Position numbers and translations under genes: made by a program. Shown piece after piece: positions 19,295 to 29,507 of a DNA stretch of 64,000 nucleotides. The stretch is from positions 112,541 through 176,540 of the forward strand of contig CABZCZ010000002.1 in the NCBI GenBank assembly GCA_902524385.1, read 5' to 3'. Within the stretch, counting starts at the first letter, position 1. Each line of letters starts with the position of its first letter. The DNA is from an uncultured Alphaproteobacteria bacterium (lineage in GTDB: Bacteria; Pseudomonadota; Alphaproteobacteria; HIMB59; GCA-002718135). The notes beneath the pieces were generated by a model that saw nothing but the letters and a program-made list of their open reading frames with translations, searched no databases and had not been told where the DNA came from.

Positions 19295-20142
19295 TGAAAA
19301 CTTTAAGATATAGAATTGGAAAAGAAGTGAAACCAGGGATTGTAGATACACAAGGACAAGTTCGCGATGCTTCATCATTGGTAAAAGATTGGGATAGAGA
19401 AAATGTAACTATTGATAAGCTTAATGAAGTGAAAAAAGCTGATATTGGATCACTTCCTATTGTTCAAAGTTACGATAGTATTGCCCCTTGTGTCTGTAAA
19501 GAAAGTATTGGAAAGTTTATTTGTATAGGATTAAATTACTCAGATCATGCTGAAGAAACTGGGATGAAAGTCCCGCCTGAACCAATTATATTTGCAAAAG
19601 CAACAAGTGCTGTTATTGGTCCAAATGATGATGTAGAAATTCCTAAAAAATCTGTAAAATCTGACTGGGAAGTTGAGCTTGGAGTAATTATTGGAAAAGA
19701 AGCAAAGTATATTTCAGAAAGTGAATCACAATCTCACATAGCCGGTTACTGTGTTATTAATGATTTAAGTGAGAGAGAATTTCAGATTGAACACTCAGGT
19801 CAATGGGTAAAAGGTAAATCATGTGATACTTTTGGACCAATCGGGCCCTATTTGGTTACAACTGATGAAGTATCCGACCCACAAAATCTTAAAATGTGGT
19901 TAGAGGTAAATGGTAAAACAATGCAAAATGGCTCAACCAATACTATGGTTTATGGTGTAAATTTTCTAGTAAGTTATCTAAGTCAATTTATGTCATTGCA
20001 ACCTGGTGACATTATTTCTACTGGTACACCTCCAGGAGTAGGTATGGGAATGAAACCACAGGTATTTTTAAAGGCTGGAGATGTTATGAAATTAGGTATT
20101 GAAGGTCTTGGGGAACAATCACAAAAAACAATTCAAGCTTAA
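19294..20142 (+). CDS. FAH-family hydrolase, 2,4-diketo-3-deoxy-L-fuconate hydrolase
   Basis: CIGLNYSDH, DWEVELG, NDLSER, KGKS.DTFGP, TGTPPGVG; start reassigned to ATG 19294. Confidence 0.85.
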   Translation: MKTLRYRIGKEVKPGIVDTQGQVRDASSLVKDWDRENVTIDKLNEVKKADIGSLPIVQSYDSIAPCVCKESIGKFICIGLNYSDHAEETGMKVPPEPIIFAKATSAVIGPNDDVEIPKKSVKSDWEVELGVIIGKEAKYISESESQSHIAGYCVINDLSEREFQIEHSGQWVKGKSCDTFGPIGPYLVTTDEVSDPQNLKMWLEVNGKTMQNGSTNTMVYGVNFLVSYLSQFMSLQPGDIISTGTPPGVGMGMKPQVFLKAGDVMKLGIEGLGEQSQKTIQA

Positions 20143-21296
20143 TGTTCGGAAGCATCAATAATTGCCATAATGTAAAAGACTTTAGGAATTTAGCAAAAAA
20201 GCGACTCCCTAGCCCTATTTTTCATTATATAGATGGTGCCGCTGACGATGAAATTACATATAAAAGAAATACTGATGCTTATGAACAATGTGATCTAATC
20301 CCTAACGTTCTTAGTGGAGTTGATAAAGTTGATATGTCAACTACAGTAATGGGACAGAAATTAGACATACCTCTATATTGTGCACCTACTGCTCTTCAAA
20401 GGTTATTTCATCATGAAGGTGAGATTGGTGTTGCAAAAGCTGCTGAAAAATTTGGCACTATGTTTGGAATATCTTCCTTAGGTACGGCAAGTATAGAAGA
20501 GATATCAAATTTAGTTAAAACACCAAAACTTTTTCAACTGTATGTTCATAAAGACAAAGGATTAAACAAAGCTCTTATAGAAAGGTGTAAAGAATCTAAT
20601 TTTGAAGCAATGGCTGTAACAGTTGATACTGCTGTTGGAGGAAATCGCGAAAGAGATTTGTATACTGGTTTTACCATTCCAATGAAACTTAAACTCAATA
20701 GTGTTCTAAGTTTTATGTTACATCCAAAGTGGGCAGTAGATTATTTTACAAAACCTAAATGGGAATTAAGCAACTTAAAAGATCATATAAGTGAAGGCAC
20801 AAAAGTAATGACTACTATAGGAGATTATTTCACGAAGATGCTTGATAATTCTATGAGCTGGAAAGATGTTGAAAATATTAATAAAGAGTGGGGCCGCCAA
20901 TTCGCAATTAAAGGTGTCATGTCAGTGGAAGATGCTAAAAAAGCAGTTGATGTTGGAGCTTCAGCTATAATGGTTTCAAATCATGGAGGAAGACAATTAG
21001 ATGGATCAAGATCGCCTTTTGATCAACTAGCTGAAATAGTTGATGCTGTTGGAGATAAAATAGATGTAATATGTGAAGGAGGCATTAGAAGAGGCACGCA
21101 TGTTTTAAAAGCATTATCGCTTGGTGCAAAAGCATGTTCTGGAGGACGCATGTATTTGTATGCTTTAGCTGCTGGAGGTCAAAAAGGAGTTGAAAAAAGT
21201 TTATCTAACTTACGTAATGAAATTGAAAGAGATATGAAATTAATGGGAGTTTCTAACGTAAAAGAATTAACAAGAAAAAATCTTAAATTCAGATAA
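20142..21296 (+). CDS. lldD: FMN-dependent L-lactate / alpha-hydroxy acid dehydrogenase
   Basis: FHYIDG, FQLY, SNHGGRQLD, GGIRRG. Confidence 0.85.
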   Translation: MFGSINNCHNVKDFRNLAKKRLPSPIFHYIDGAADDEITYKRNTDAYEQCDLIPNVLSGVDKVDMSTTVMGQKLDIPLYCAPTALQRLFHHEGEIGVAKAAEKFGTMFGISSLGTASIEEISNLVKTPKLFQLYVHKDKGLNKALIERCKESNFEAMAVTVDTAVGGNRERDLYTGFTIPMKLKLNSVLSFMLHPKWAVDYFTKPKWELSNLKDHISEGTKVMTTIGDYFTKMLDNSMSWKDVENINKEWGRQFAIKGVMSVEDAKKAVDVGASAIMVSNHGGRQLDGSRSPFDQLAEIVDAVGDKIDVICEGGIRRGTHVLKALSLGAKACSGGRMYLYALAAGGQKGVEKSLSNLRNEIERDMKLMGVSNVKELTRKNLKFR

Positions 21297-21356
21297 ATCA
21301 ACAATTTTCTTAAAAAAAATATTTATTCTAATTCAATTTTATTTTAAAAATTTTGT

Positions 21357-21677
21357 ATGAATGATGAAATTGAACCAATTTTAATAGGTGAAGTTGATGA
21401 TATTGATATTGGTTCAGTAGAAAATTTTGAATATGAAGATATAAATTATGCAATTTATAGACTCGAATCTGGCTTTTTTGCAACTGAAGGAAATTGCCCT
21501 TGTGCCGAAAAACCTTTATTAAGTGAATCTAGTATTGAAGGTGAAGAACTAGAGTGCCCATCATGCGGTAATAAATTTAGCATTGTATCTGGAGACTCTC
21601 TCTCTGATTTAGAACAAATTTCATTAAAAATATTTGATATTACAGAAGAAGATGGAAATCTTTACTTAAATATTTAA
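21357..21677 (+). CDS. Rieske-fold ferredoxin (MocE-like) with atypical four-Cys ligand set
   Basis: YAIYR..GFFATEGN-CPC-x17-CPSC-GNKF..SG; acidic, 106 aa. Confidence 0.75.
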   Translation: MNDEIEPILIGEVDDIDIGSVENFEYEDINYAIYRLESGFFATEGNCPCAEKPLLSESSIEGEELECPSCGNKFSIVSGDSLSDLEQISLKIFDITEEDGNLYLNI

Positions 21678-22639
21678 CTTATAATATTATAATTTATTAT
21701 ATTACTTTTATTTAAATTTTTACTTTTAGTTAAAAAATTAAAAACATTTTCACAGGTTTCAGTAGCCATTCTTTTTCTACATTCAAGTGTAAGTGCTGAA
21801 TTGTGAGGTGTTAGCAAAGTGTTTTGTAAAGAAAATAACATATGATTTTCTATTGGAGGTTCAGTTTTAAAAACATCTAATCCAGCAGCGCGAATTTTTT
21901 TATTTTTTAAAGCATCAAATAAAGCATTTTCATTAACGATACCTCCGCGTGCAGTATTTATTAGAATTAAATTCGATTTAAATACTTCAAATTGTTCAAA
22001 AGAAATCAAATCATTTGTTTCTGAGTTTAGTGGCAAATGAATACTTATATAATCTGCAATCATAAATCCACTTTCTTTGTCTGTAGGAATATAATTCATA
22101 GAACGGATTTCATCATCGGAAATAAATGGATCATGAATGTAAATTTCCATATCAAAAGCCATGCATCTTTTAGCTAATTCTTTTCCAATTCTACCAAAAC
22201 CCAAAATAAGTATTTTTTTCTGATATAATTCAAAATAATTAGGAAGATTTGCTTTTTCTTCAAATTTATTAAGTTTAACTAATTTATCAGATTCATAGAT
22301 ATTTTTAGTTAAGCAAAGCATCATTGTCATTACATGCTCAGAAACACTTACAGCATTAGCTGTGCCTGTTATAGCTAAAGCTATTTTGTTGTCATTTAAG
22401 AAATTGTAATCAACGTTATCATAACCAACTCCATGTCTTGCAACAACCTTTAATTTTTTTGCATTTGACAGAACTTTTTTACTTAATTTGACTGTTCTTA
22501 CAACAATTCCATCCACATCAGATAATTCATTCGTAAGTTGATCTTCTTCTTTACTATTAGTAACAAAATATTCTATGTTATTATTTTCAAAGATCTCATA
22601 TCCACAAGTATGAATTTCTCCAACCACACCAACTTTCAT
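21674..22639 (-). CDS. D-isomer-specific 2-hydroxyacid dehydrogenase (SerA-like, no ACT domain)
   Basis: RHGVGYDNVD, GFGRIG, NTARGG, LDVF..EP, TPH. Confidence 0.9.
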   Translation of the reverse strand: MKVGVVGEIHTCGYEIFENNNIEYFVTNSKEEDQLTNELSDVDGIVVRTVKLSKKVLSNAKKLKVVARHGVGYDNVDYNFLNDNKIALAITGTANAVSVSEHVMTMMLCLTKNIYESDKLVKLNKFEEKANLPNYFELYQKKILILGFGRIGKELAKRCMAFDMEIYIHDPFISDDEIRSMNYIPTDKESGFMIADYISIHLPLNSETNDLISFEQFEVFKSNLILINTARGGIVNENALFDALKNKKIRAAGLDVFKTEPPIENHMLFSLQNTLLTPHNSALTLECRKRMATETCENVFNFLTKSKNLNKSNIINYNIIS

Positions 22640-22738
22640 AAAAGATTTATATTCTATAATTATAAAAAAATAAATTGATTAACTCTTTAAATTATTTTTT
22701 TATTATAATAGTATCTATTTTTTTTGCGAAAGGAACCT

Positions 22739-24583
22739 ATGAAAACAGTTAGAATGTCTTGTTCACACGCATTAATTAAATATTTAACTATGCAAAAAAT
22801 TTTAATTAATGGAAAAAAAGAACCACTTTTTCCAGGTGCATTTGGTATTTATGGTCATGGTAATGTAGCTTGTATTGGACAGGCCATGGAAGAATATCAA
22901 AATGAACTTCCAGGATACAGAGGTCATCATGAACAAAACATGGCTTTAACTGGAATAGCATATGCTCGTGCAAAAAGAAGAAAACAAATATTTGTTGCTA
23001 CTTCGTCAGTTGGACCAGGCGCAACTAACATGGTTACCGCAGCAGCAGTTGCATTAAGCAACAGACTTCCAATTTTACTTTTACCAGGTGATACATTTTC
23101 AAGTCGTTTTCCAGACCCTGTTTTACAACAAGTAGAACATTTTAATTCTCCTTCAGAAACTCAGAATGATTCATTTAAATCTGTATCAAGATATTTTGAT
23201 CGAATAACTAGACCTGAACAAATTTTAACTTCTTTACCTCAAGCAATTAATGTGATGCTTGACCCTGCAGATTGTGGTCCTGCAGTAATTTCGATGTCAC
23301 AAGATGTTCAAGGAGAAGCTTTTGATTATCCAGAAATTTTTTTTGAAGAAAAAATTTATCGAATAAGAAGAATTCACCCTGATCCAAATCAAATACAAAA
23401 AGCAGCTGATAAATTAAAAAAATCAAAACAACCTATTATTATTTCTGGAGGAGGTGTTTTATATTCAGAAGCTGAAGAGGAAATTTCTGCTTTTGCAATG
23501 AAACATAATATTCCCGTAACTGCAACTGTAATGGGTATTGGATGTATGAACAAAGATGATCCCTATTATATAAGTGCAATTGGATGTTTAGGAGAAGGCT
23601 CATCTAATAACCTTGCTACAGATACAGATTTAGCACTAGCTGTAGGAACAAAATTAGGAGACTTTACAACTGGCTCTTGGACGAATTTTGAAAATGAAAA
23701 TTTTCAACTTGTATCAATAAATACTTCACGATTTGACACTATAAAACATCGTGCAACTCCTGTTGTAAGTGATGCAAAAATTGGACTTCAAGAATTATCA
23801 AAAGTATTAGGAGATTGGAGAGCGCCTGATAATTGGTACCAGCGATCTATTGAGGAAAGAGATAGATGGGATGAATATGTTGCTAAAGAGAGTGGGCCAA
23901 CAAACCAAGAATTACCGTCCTATGCTCATGCAGTGGGTGCAGTTTATAGAAATTCAGATCCATCAGATATTGTTGTAACTGCAGCTGGAGGCTTAGTTGG
24001 AGAAGTGGTTCAAATATGGAAACCAAAAGAGCTAAATACTTTTGAAACTGAATGGGGATTTAGTTGCATGAGTTATGAAATATCGGGTGCACTTGGAATT
24101 AAAATGGCAAAACCTGATCAAGATGTAATTGTATTTGTAGGAGATGGTTCATACCTATTACAAAACAGCGATATTTATAGTTCTGTTTTGTATGATAAAA
24201 AATTAATAATAGTTGTTTGTGATAATGGTGGTCATATGGTTATTAATAGATTGCAGCTAGCAAAAGGTGGGAATGAATATCTTTGTAATCTCAATGCAGC
24301 CAGAGCTACAAATGTACAGTTTGTAGATTTTGAAGCTCATGCAAAAAGTATGGGGGCAAATGGTGAGACCGTTAAATCCATTTCAGAGTTAGAGGCTGCT
24401 TTTAAAAGAGCAAAAGAATCAGACAAAACCTATCTGATTTCTATGAAAACAGATGGTTATGAATGGTTAGAAGGTACAGCTTTTTGGGAGAGTCCAACAC
24501 TTGAAGTGGATAATACCGAAGGTAAGAAATTAGCTCTTAATGAATTTTTAGAAGGAAAAAATAAACAACGTAAGGGCGTATAA
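22739..24583 (+). CDS. iolD: 3D-(3,5/4)-trihydroxycyclohexane-1,2-dione acylhydrolase (ThDP enzyme)
   Basis: GHGNV, SSVGPGATN, PDPVLQQ, GFSCMSYEI, VGDGSY; start reassigned to ATG 22739. Confidence 0.9.
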   Translation: MKTVRMSCSHALIKYLTMQKILINGKKEPLFPGAFGIYGHGNVACIGQAMEEYQNELPGYRGHHEQNMALTGIAYARAKRRKQIFVATSSVGPGATNMVTAAAVALSNRLPILLLPGDTFSSRFPDPVLQQVEHFNSPSETQNDSFKSVSRYFDRITRPEQILTSLPQAINVMLDPADCGPAVISMSQDVQGEAFDYPEIFFEEKIYRIRRIHPDPNQIQKAADKLKKSKQPIIISGGGVLYSEAEEEISAFAMKHNIPVTATVMGIGCMNKDDPYYISAIGCLGEGSSNNLATDTDLALAVGTKLGDFTTGSWTNFENENFQLVSINTSRFDTIKHRATPVVSDAKIGLQELSKVLGDWRAPDNWYQRSIEERDRWDEYVAKESGPTNQELPSYAHAVGAVYRNSDPSDIVVTAAGGLVGEVVQIWKPKELNTFETEWGFSCMSYEISGALGIKMAKPDQDVIVFVGDGSYLLQNSDIYSSVLYDKKLIIVVCDNGGHMVINRLQLAKGGNEYLCNLNAARATNVQFVDFEAHAKSMGANGETVKSISELEAAFKRAKESDKTYLISMKTDGYEWLEGTAFWESPTLEVDNTEGKKLALNEFLEGKNKQRKGV

Positions 24584-24617
24584 AAATAAATTTCTTTTTC
24601 TAAAATTTAAAAATTGT

Positions 24618-25646
24618 ATGAGTCAAAACAAGCCTATAATTTTATTAGATCCATATCCAAGAACAATGGACCTACTTTTTTCTAAAGAAAATTTAAAATA
24701 CTTAAAAAAAAATTTTAAACTTATTACTGCTCCAAATAAAAATAAAAAAAATTTTTATGAAAAAAATTTACCAAAGGCAGATTATATTTTTGGGCAACCC
24801 AATTTACCTTTATCTTTAATTTCTAAATCTAAAAAACTTAAAGCAATATTTAATGTAGAGAGCAATTTTATGGACAATATGGATTATGATTATTGTTTTA
24901 GAAAAGGAATACATGTATTAGCAACATCTCCTGTTTTTGCTCAACCCGTTGCTGAAATGGCAATGGGACTTACTTTATCAATAGCAAGAAGTATTCATAT
25001 TGCCCACTCAGACTTTATTTTAAAAAAAGAAAGGTATGGAGGAGAAATTAGTCAGAATAATTTTTTAATAAAAAATAAAACATTTGGTTTAATTGGTTTT
25101 GGTGATTTAGCAAAATCACTTACTCCTATACTAAAAGTATTCTCAAATAATATAATCGCTTATGATCCTTGGATTCCTGATAAAGAAATTGAAAAATTGG
25201 ATGTTAAGCCTACCAGTTTAAATTTGTTACTCAAAAATGCTGACATCATTTATGTACTCGCGTCTATTACTTCTTCTAATAAATCTATGATTAATTCTTC
25301 AAAGTTTAAATTAATAAAAGATGGATCAGCGTTTGTATTAATGAGTAGAGCAGCCATAATAAATTTTGATGATTTTTTTAATTTTTTAAAAAATAGAAAT
25401 GTATTTGCTGCTATTGATGTTTTTCCACAAGAACCATTTCCTAAAAATCATAAATTAAGAAAACTCAAAAATGTAATTTTTTCTCCGCATAGGGCTGGTG
25501 CATTAGACAGTGCATTTAAAGAGATGGGTGAATTAGTAATTCAAGATTTAAAACTGATTTCAAAAGGCCTACCTCCTAAATTATGTAAAAAAGCTGAAAG
25601 AGAAACTGTTAAATATTTACGATCGAAACCAGTTGATATTAATTAA
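24618..25646 (+). CDS. D-2-hydroxyacid dehydrogenase family protein
   Basis: GFGDLA, YDPW, DVFPQEP, SPHRAG. Confidence 0.82.
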   Translation: MSQNKPIILLDPYPRTMDLLFSKENLKYLKKNFKLITAPNKNKKNFYEKNLPKADYIFGQPNLPLSLISKSKKLKAIFNVESNFMDNMDYDYCFRKGIHVLATSPVFAQPVAEMAMGLTLSIARSIHIAHSDFILKKERYGGEISQNNFLIKNKTFGLIGFGDLAKSLTPILKVFSNNIIAYDPWIPDKEIEKLDVKPTSLNLLLKNADIIYVLASITSSNKSMINSSKFKLIKDGSAFVLMSRAAIINFDDFFNFLKNRNVFAAIDVFPQEPFPKNHKLRKLKNVIFSPHRAGALDSAFKEMGELVIQDLKLISKGLPPKLCKKAERETVKYLRSKPVDIN

Positions 25647-25667
25647 AATTTATTTAAAAACATAGTT

Positions 25668-26414
25668 ATGTCAGATCAATTAGTACTGGAAGCTAAATCA
25701 GTTTCAAAATTCTTTGGTACTATAACAGCTCTTCAAAATGTAGATCTTCATTTAAATAAAGGTGAGGTTCTAGGTGTCGTTGGCGATAACGGTGCTGGGA
25801 AATCAACATTAATGAAAGTTTTATCAGGATTATACAAGCCAAGTGAAGGGTCTCTTTTTTTTGATAAAGAGAAAGTAACATTAAATAGTCCAAGAGACTC
25901 TCAAAATTTGGGTTTAGAAATGGTCTATCAAGATTTAGCACTTGCTGGGAACCTTCCTATTGGCGATAATATTTTTTTAGGAAGAGAACCAACAAGAAAA
26001 GTTGGCCCTTTCAATTTTTTAGATCATAAAAAAAAAAAACAGTTAACCGAAGAGCATCTTGCAAAACTAAAAATAAACGTAAAGAGTGCTGATCAAAAGG
26101 TTGAAGAATTATCAGGTGGACAAAGACAAGCTGTAGCAATTGCTAGAGCTACAGCTTTTAATGCAAAAATTGTATTGATGGATGAACCAACAGCAGCACT
26201 TGCTGTTAAGGAAGTTGGAAAAGTTTTAGATTTAATTTTAAATCTTAAAAAGTTAGGTGTTAGTGTAATAGTAATTAGCCATCGAATGGATGATATTTTT
26301 ACTGTTTGTGATCGCGTAATGGCACTTTTTCAAGGAACAAATTTTGCTGAATCAGAATTAAAAAAAACTTCAAGAGACGAAGTTATTGGATGGATCATGG
26401 GGAAAAAAGATTAA
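25668..26414 (+). CDS. Monosaccharide ABC ATP-binding protein (single domain)
   Basis: GDNGAGKS, YQDLAL, LSGGQRQ, DEPTAAL. Confidence 0.93.
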   Translation: MSDQLVLEAKSVSKFFGTITALQNVDLHLNKGEVLGVVGDNGAGKSTLMKVLSGLYKPSEGSLFFDKEKVTLNSPRDSQNLGLEMVYQDLALAGNLPIGDNIFLGREPTRKVGPFNFLDHKKKKQLTEEHLAKLKINVKSADQKVEELSGGQRQAVAIARATAFNAKIVLMDEPTAALAVKEVGKVLDLILNLKKLGVSVIVISHRMDDIFTVCDRVMALFQGTNFAESELKKTSRDEVIGWIMGKKD

Positions 26415-27421
26415 TGGATAAGAGTCAAGAATCTTTATTTGTCAGACTAATTCCTTTTTTTGAAAGGTATGGGATCTTATTACTTATCCTAATAATGATT
26501 GCTGTTTTGCATTTGTTACAACCTGATGTGTTTTTATCATGGAGAAATGTAACAAATATTTTTAAACAGGTTTCCTGGCAGTCTATGTTAGCACTTGGTG
26601 TCTTTATGGTCATTGTAACTGCAGGTATAGATTTATCAGTCGGTTCAATTATTATGTTATCATTAATGGGACTAGCTATTGCTTCCAAAGCAGGAATGCC
26701 TTGGTACGTTGTTATGTTAGTTGCACCAGCAATTGGATTTTTGTGTGGTATGTTTAATGGTATTGGCATCACGTTACTTCGAATGCCTCATCCATTCATC
26801 ATGACACTTGGTACTCTATATATATTCAGAGGAATTGGGAATCTAATTTCAGGCGGTGTGCCAATAACAGGATTTGCTGAACAGATAAGAGTTATTGGAA
26901 ATGGTAAAATCAAGCTAGATGCATTTTTTGGAGAAGGGGCAAGAGAATACATACCCACAAGTTTAATTTTGATGATTGTAATATTTTTTATTTTTTGGAT
27001 ATTTTTAAATCATACAAGAATAGGTAAATGGATCTACGCTATTGGAGGTAACCCTGGAGCTGCAAGAGCAGCAGGTATTAATGTAGACCGAATTTTAATC
27101 GTAGTTTACACTCTATGTGGTTTTTTGGCGGGAATTGGAGGTTTAATTTTAGCTGGAAGAACGAATTCTGCTTATCCAAATGCTGGTTTACAATCTGAGT
27201 TAGATGCAATTGCGGCAGTCATAATTGGTGGAGCGAGCTTTTTTGGAGGCAGAGGAACAGTATTAGGCGTGTTTGCTGGAGTTATGATAATGGGTATACT
27301 CCGAAATGGTCTAAATTTGATGAACGTTAGTGTTTTCTGGCAACAAGTTCTGATTGGTTCTATTATTATTTTGGCCGTTTATATTGATGTTTTAAGAAGA
27401 CAACTTGCAACCAGAACATAA
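26414..27421 (+). CDS. Monosaccharide ABC permease (RbsC-like)
   Basis: GIDLSVG, AIGGN..AA, ELDAIAAVIIGG; start reassigned to ATG 26414. Confidence 0.92.
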   Translation: MDKSQESLFVRLIPFFERYGILLLILIMIAVLHLLQPDVFLSWRNVTNIFKQVSWQSMLALGVFMVIVTAGIDLSVGSIIMLSLMGLAIASKAGMPWYVVMLVAPAIGFLCGMFNGIGITLLRMPHPFIMTLGTLYIFRGIGNLISGGVPITGFAEQIRVIGNGKIKLDAFFGEGAREYIPTSLILMIVIFFIFWIFLNHTRIGKWIYAIGGNPGAARAAGINVDRILIVVYTLCGFLAGIGGLILAGRTNSAYPNAGLQSELDAIAAVIIGGASFFGGRGTVLGVFAGVMIMGILRNGLNLMNVSVFWQQVLIGSIIILAVYIDVLRRQLATRT

Positions 27422-27510
27422 TATTAAAAAATAATCACTTTCTGACAAACAGTCTCTTGATTAGATTTTCATTTTTCATTAATGGTTAAAAAAAAAATTT
27501 AGGAGGAAAA

Positions 27511-28428
27511 ATGAAATTTTTTATTTCTATAATTACTACTTCAGTATTGTTTTTTTCAGGTAGCCTTCTAGCAGGCTCACACGCTAAAACAATAATGTTA
27601 AGTACCAAAGGACCAGGTGCTGGAAACCCATTTTGGGCTTCAGTAGAAGCTGGTGCTAAAGATGCTGCTGAAGAATTAGGTGTTAACCTAATTATCCTAT
27701 CACCACCACAAGAGAGTGATGTTATGGCTCAGGTGGCGCAAATTGAAGACCAAATAGCAAAAGGTGTAGACGGTATTGCGATTGCACCAACTGACCCTAA
27801 TGCAGTTGCACCAATTCTTGATGATGCAATGGCTTCTGGTGTTCCAGTTGTATACATTGATACTAATGGAATTAATGAAGGTGTAACTTTCATTGGAACT
27901 AATAATATTAATGGTGCTGCTTTAGCCGCTCAATACATCTGTGATAACGTTCCAAGTGGCTCTGATGTTGCAATTCTTCAAGGAATGATAACTCAAACTA
28001 CTGGTCAGCACAGAGCTGAAGGATCTCATAAAGGTCTTGAAGCATGTGGCATGAACATTGTTGCTGAACTTCCAGCTAACTGGGATACCGCACAAGGTAT
28101 GTCAGTAACTGAAGATATCTTAACTGGTAACCCCAATCTAAAAGCAATCTTTGCTTCTAATGATAATATGGGTCTAGGCGCTATCCAAGCATTAAAAAAT
28201 GCTGATATGCTAGATGATGTTTTGGTTGTTGGATTTGATGCTAACCCTGATGCTGCTGCAAGTGTAATGGCTGGTGAAATGTCAGCTACTATTGCTCAGT
28301 TCTCATACAACATGGGATATATGGGTGTAGAAAATGCACTTAAATTAGCTAATGGTGAAAGCATTCCAGATAACATTGATACTGGAACTGTGTTAGTAAC
28401 TAAAGAAAATGCTGCTGACTTTATGTAA
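27511..28428 (+). CDS. Sugar/polyol ABC substrate-binding protein (RbsB-like)
   Basis: Signal peptide, NPFW, ANW, ASNDNM, VGFD; AGGAGG SD. Confidence 0.92.
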   Translation: MKFFISIITTSVLFFSGSLLAGSHAKTIMLSTKGPGAGNPFWASVEAGAKDAAEELGVNLIILSPPQESDVMAQVAQIEDQIAKGVDGIAIAPTDPNAVAPILDDAMASGVPVVYIDTNGINEGVTFIGTNNINGAALAAQYICDNVPSGSDVAILQGMITQTTGQHRAEGSHKGLEACGMNIVAELPANWDTAQGMSVTEDILTGNPNLKAIFASNDNMGLGAIQALKNADMLDDVLVVGFDANPDAAASVMAGEMSATIAQFSYNMGYMGVENALKLANGESIPDNIDTGTVLVTKENAADFM

Positions 28429-28449
28429 GTCATCAAGACTATTTAAATT

Positions 28450-28478
28450 AAAAAGGCCGCAATTTGCGGCCTTTTTTT
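28450..28478 (+). terminator. Rho-independent terminator
   Basis: AAAAAGGCCGCA...TGCGGCCTTTTTTT. Confidence 0.88.
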
Positions 28479-28543
28479 ATTAAAATATAACATTTACATA
28501 TTGAATTAATTCCTTAAATTGAAATGATTATTTAGGAGGAAAA

Positions 28544-29497
28544 ATGAAAAAATTTATTTTAATTATAGCTTCGGCTGTAAGTTTATTAACTTTTTCTTTC
28601 TCAGCAAATGCACTTAAAGTAGGTGCTCTATATCTTGATACTGCTGGTTTTTTTGGTGAGATTAAATATGGTATAGAAAAAGCTGGGGAAGAAGAAGGTA
28701 TCGAGCTAACTGGAGCGAATTCTCAAAGTGATGTAGCAAGGGAAGCTGAATTTATCGATACGCTTTTAGCAACTGGCGTTGATGTTGTAATAATGTCACC
28801 AGTTTCAACTGATTCTTCTGTTGCAGCTGTTGAAAGACTTGCAGAAGCAGGTGTTCCAGTTGTATGCTATAATACATGTTTAAATGATGAAGATGCTAAA
28901 AGACTCGCTTATGCACTTGTTACTACAAGTCAAAGAGAGTTGGGTTATCCAGTTGGTGTTATTGCTGGAAACTGGGCAATCAAAGCTGGTATTGATTTAA
29001 AAATTGGTATTCATAATTGTAATAGATACGAAGCTTGTCAGGAAAGAGAAGATGGTTTTATAGATGGACTAAATTCTACAGGTGTAAATTTTGAAGTTAT
29101 CAATAACCAAGAAGCCTTTGCAAATGATGTTGCAACTCAAGTTGGTACAGACATGCTTATTGCAAACCCTGAAATTAACCTAATGTATGCTGCTAATGAA
29201 GGTGGGACAATTGGTGCCGTTAATGCTGTTCTGGCAGCAGGACAAATTGGTCAAACATACGTAATGGGAACTGATGCAACTGCAGAATTAATGAATTTTG
29301 TAAGTGATGGAGAAATTCTATTAGCTGTTAATTCACAATTCCCAAGAGATATGGGAGCAGGTGCAATGAGAGCTGCACTAAAAGCAGTTAAAGGTGAGGC
29401 TATCGACGAATATGTTCAATTAACACCTACTAAAGTATTTACTTCTATAGACAAAATAGCCATTGATACATGGTTGTCTGAAAGAGGATACGACTAA
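28544..29497 (+). CDS. Sugar ABC substrate-binding protein (RbsB-like)
   Basis: Signal peptide ending ANA, GVPVVCYN, AANEGG; AGGAGG SD. Confidence 0.9.
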   Translation: MKKFILIIASAVSLLTFSFSANALKVGALYLDTAGFFGEIKYGIEKAGEEEGIELTGANSQSDVAREAEFIDTLLATGVDVVIMSPVSTDSSVAAVERLAEAGVPVVCYNTCLNDEDAKRLAYALVTTSQRELGYPVGVIAGNWAIKAGIDLKIGIHNCNRYEACQEREDGFIDGLNSTGVNFEVINNQEAFANDVATQVGTDMLIANPEINLMYAANEGGTIGAVNAVLAAGQIGQTYVMGTDATAELMNFVSDGEILLAVNSQFPRDMGAGAMRAALKAVKGEAIDEYVQLTPTKVFTSIDKIAIDTWLSERGYD

Positions 29498-29507
29498 CTA
29501 TTTTTTT

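Noticed and set aside
14999-24620. Recurring ATTGT/TTTGT directly before ATG (15005, 21357, 24618)
   Set aside because: Too short to distinguish from chance in AT-rich DNA.
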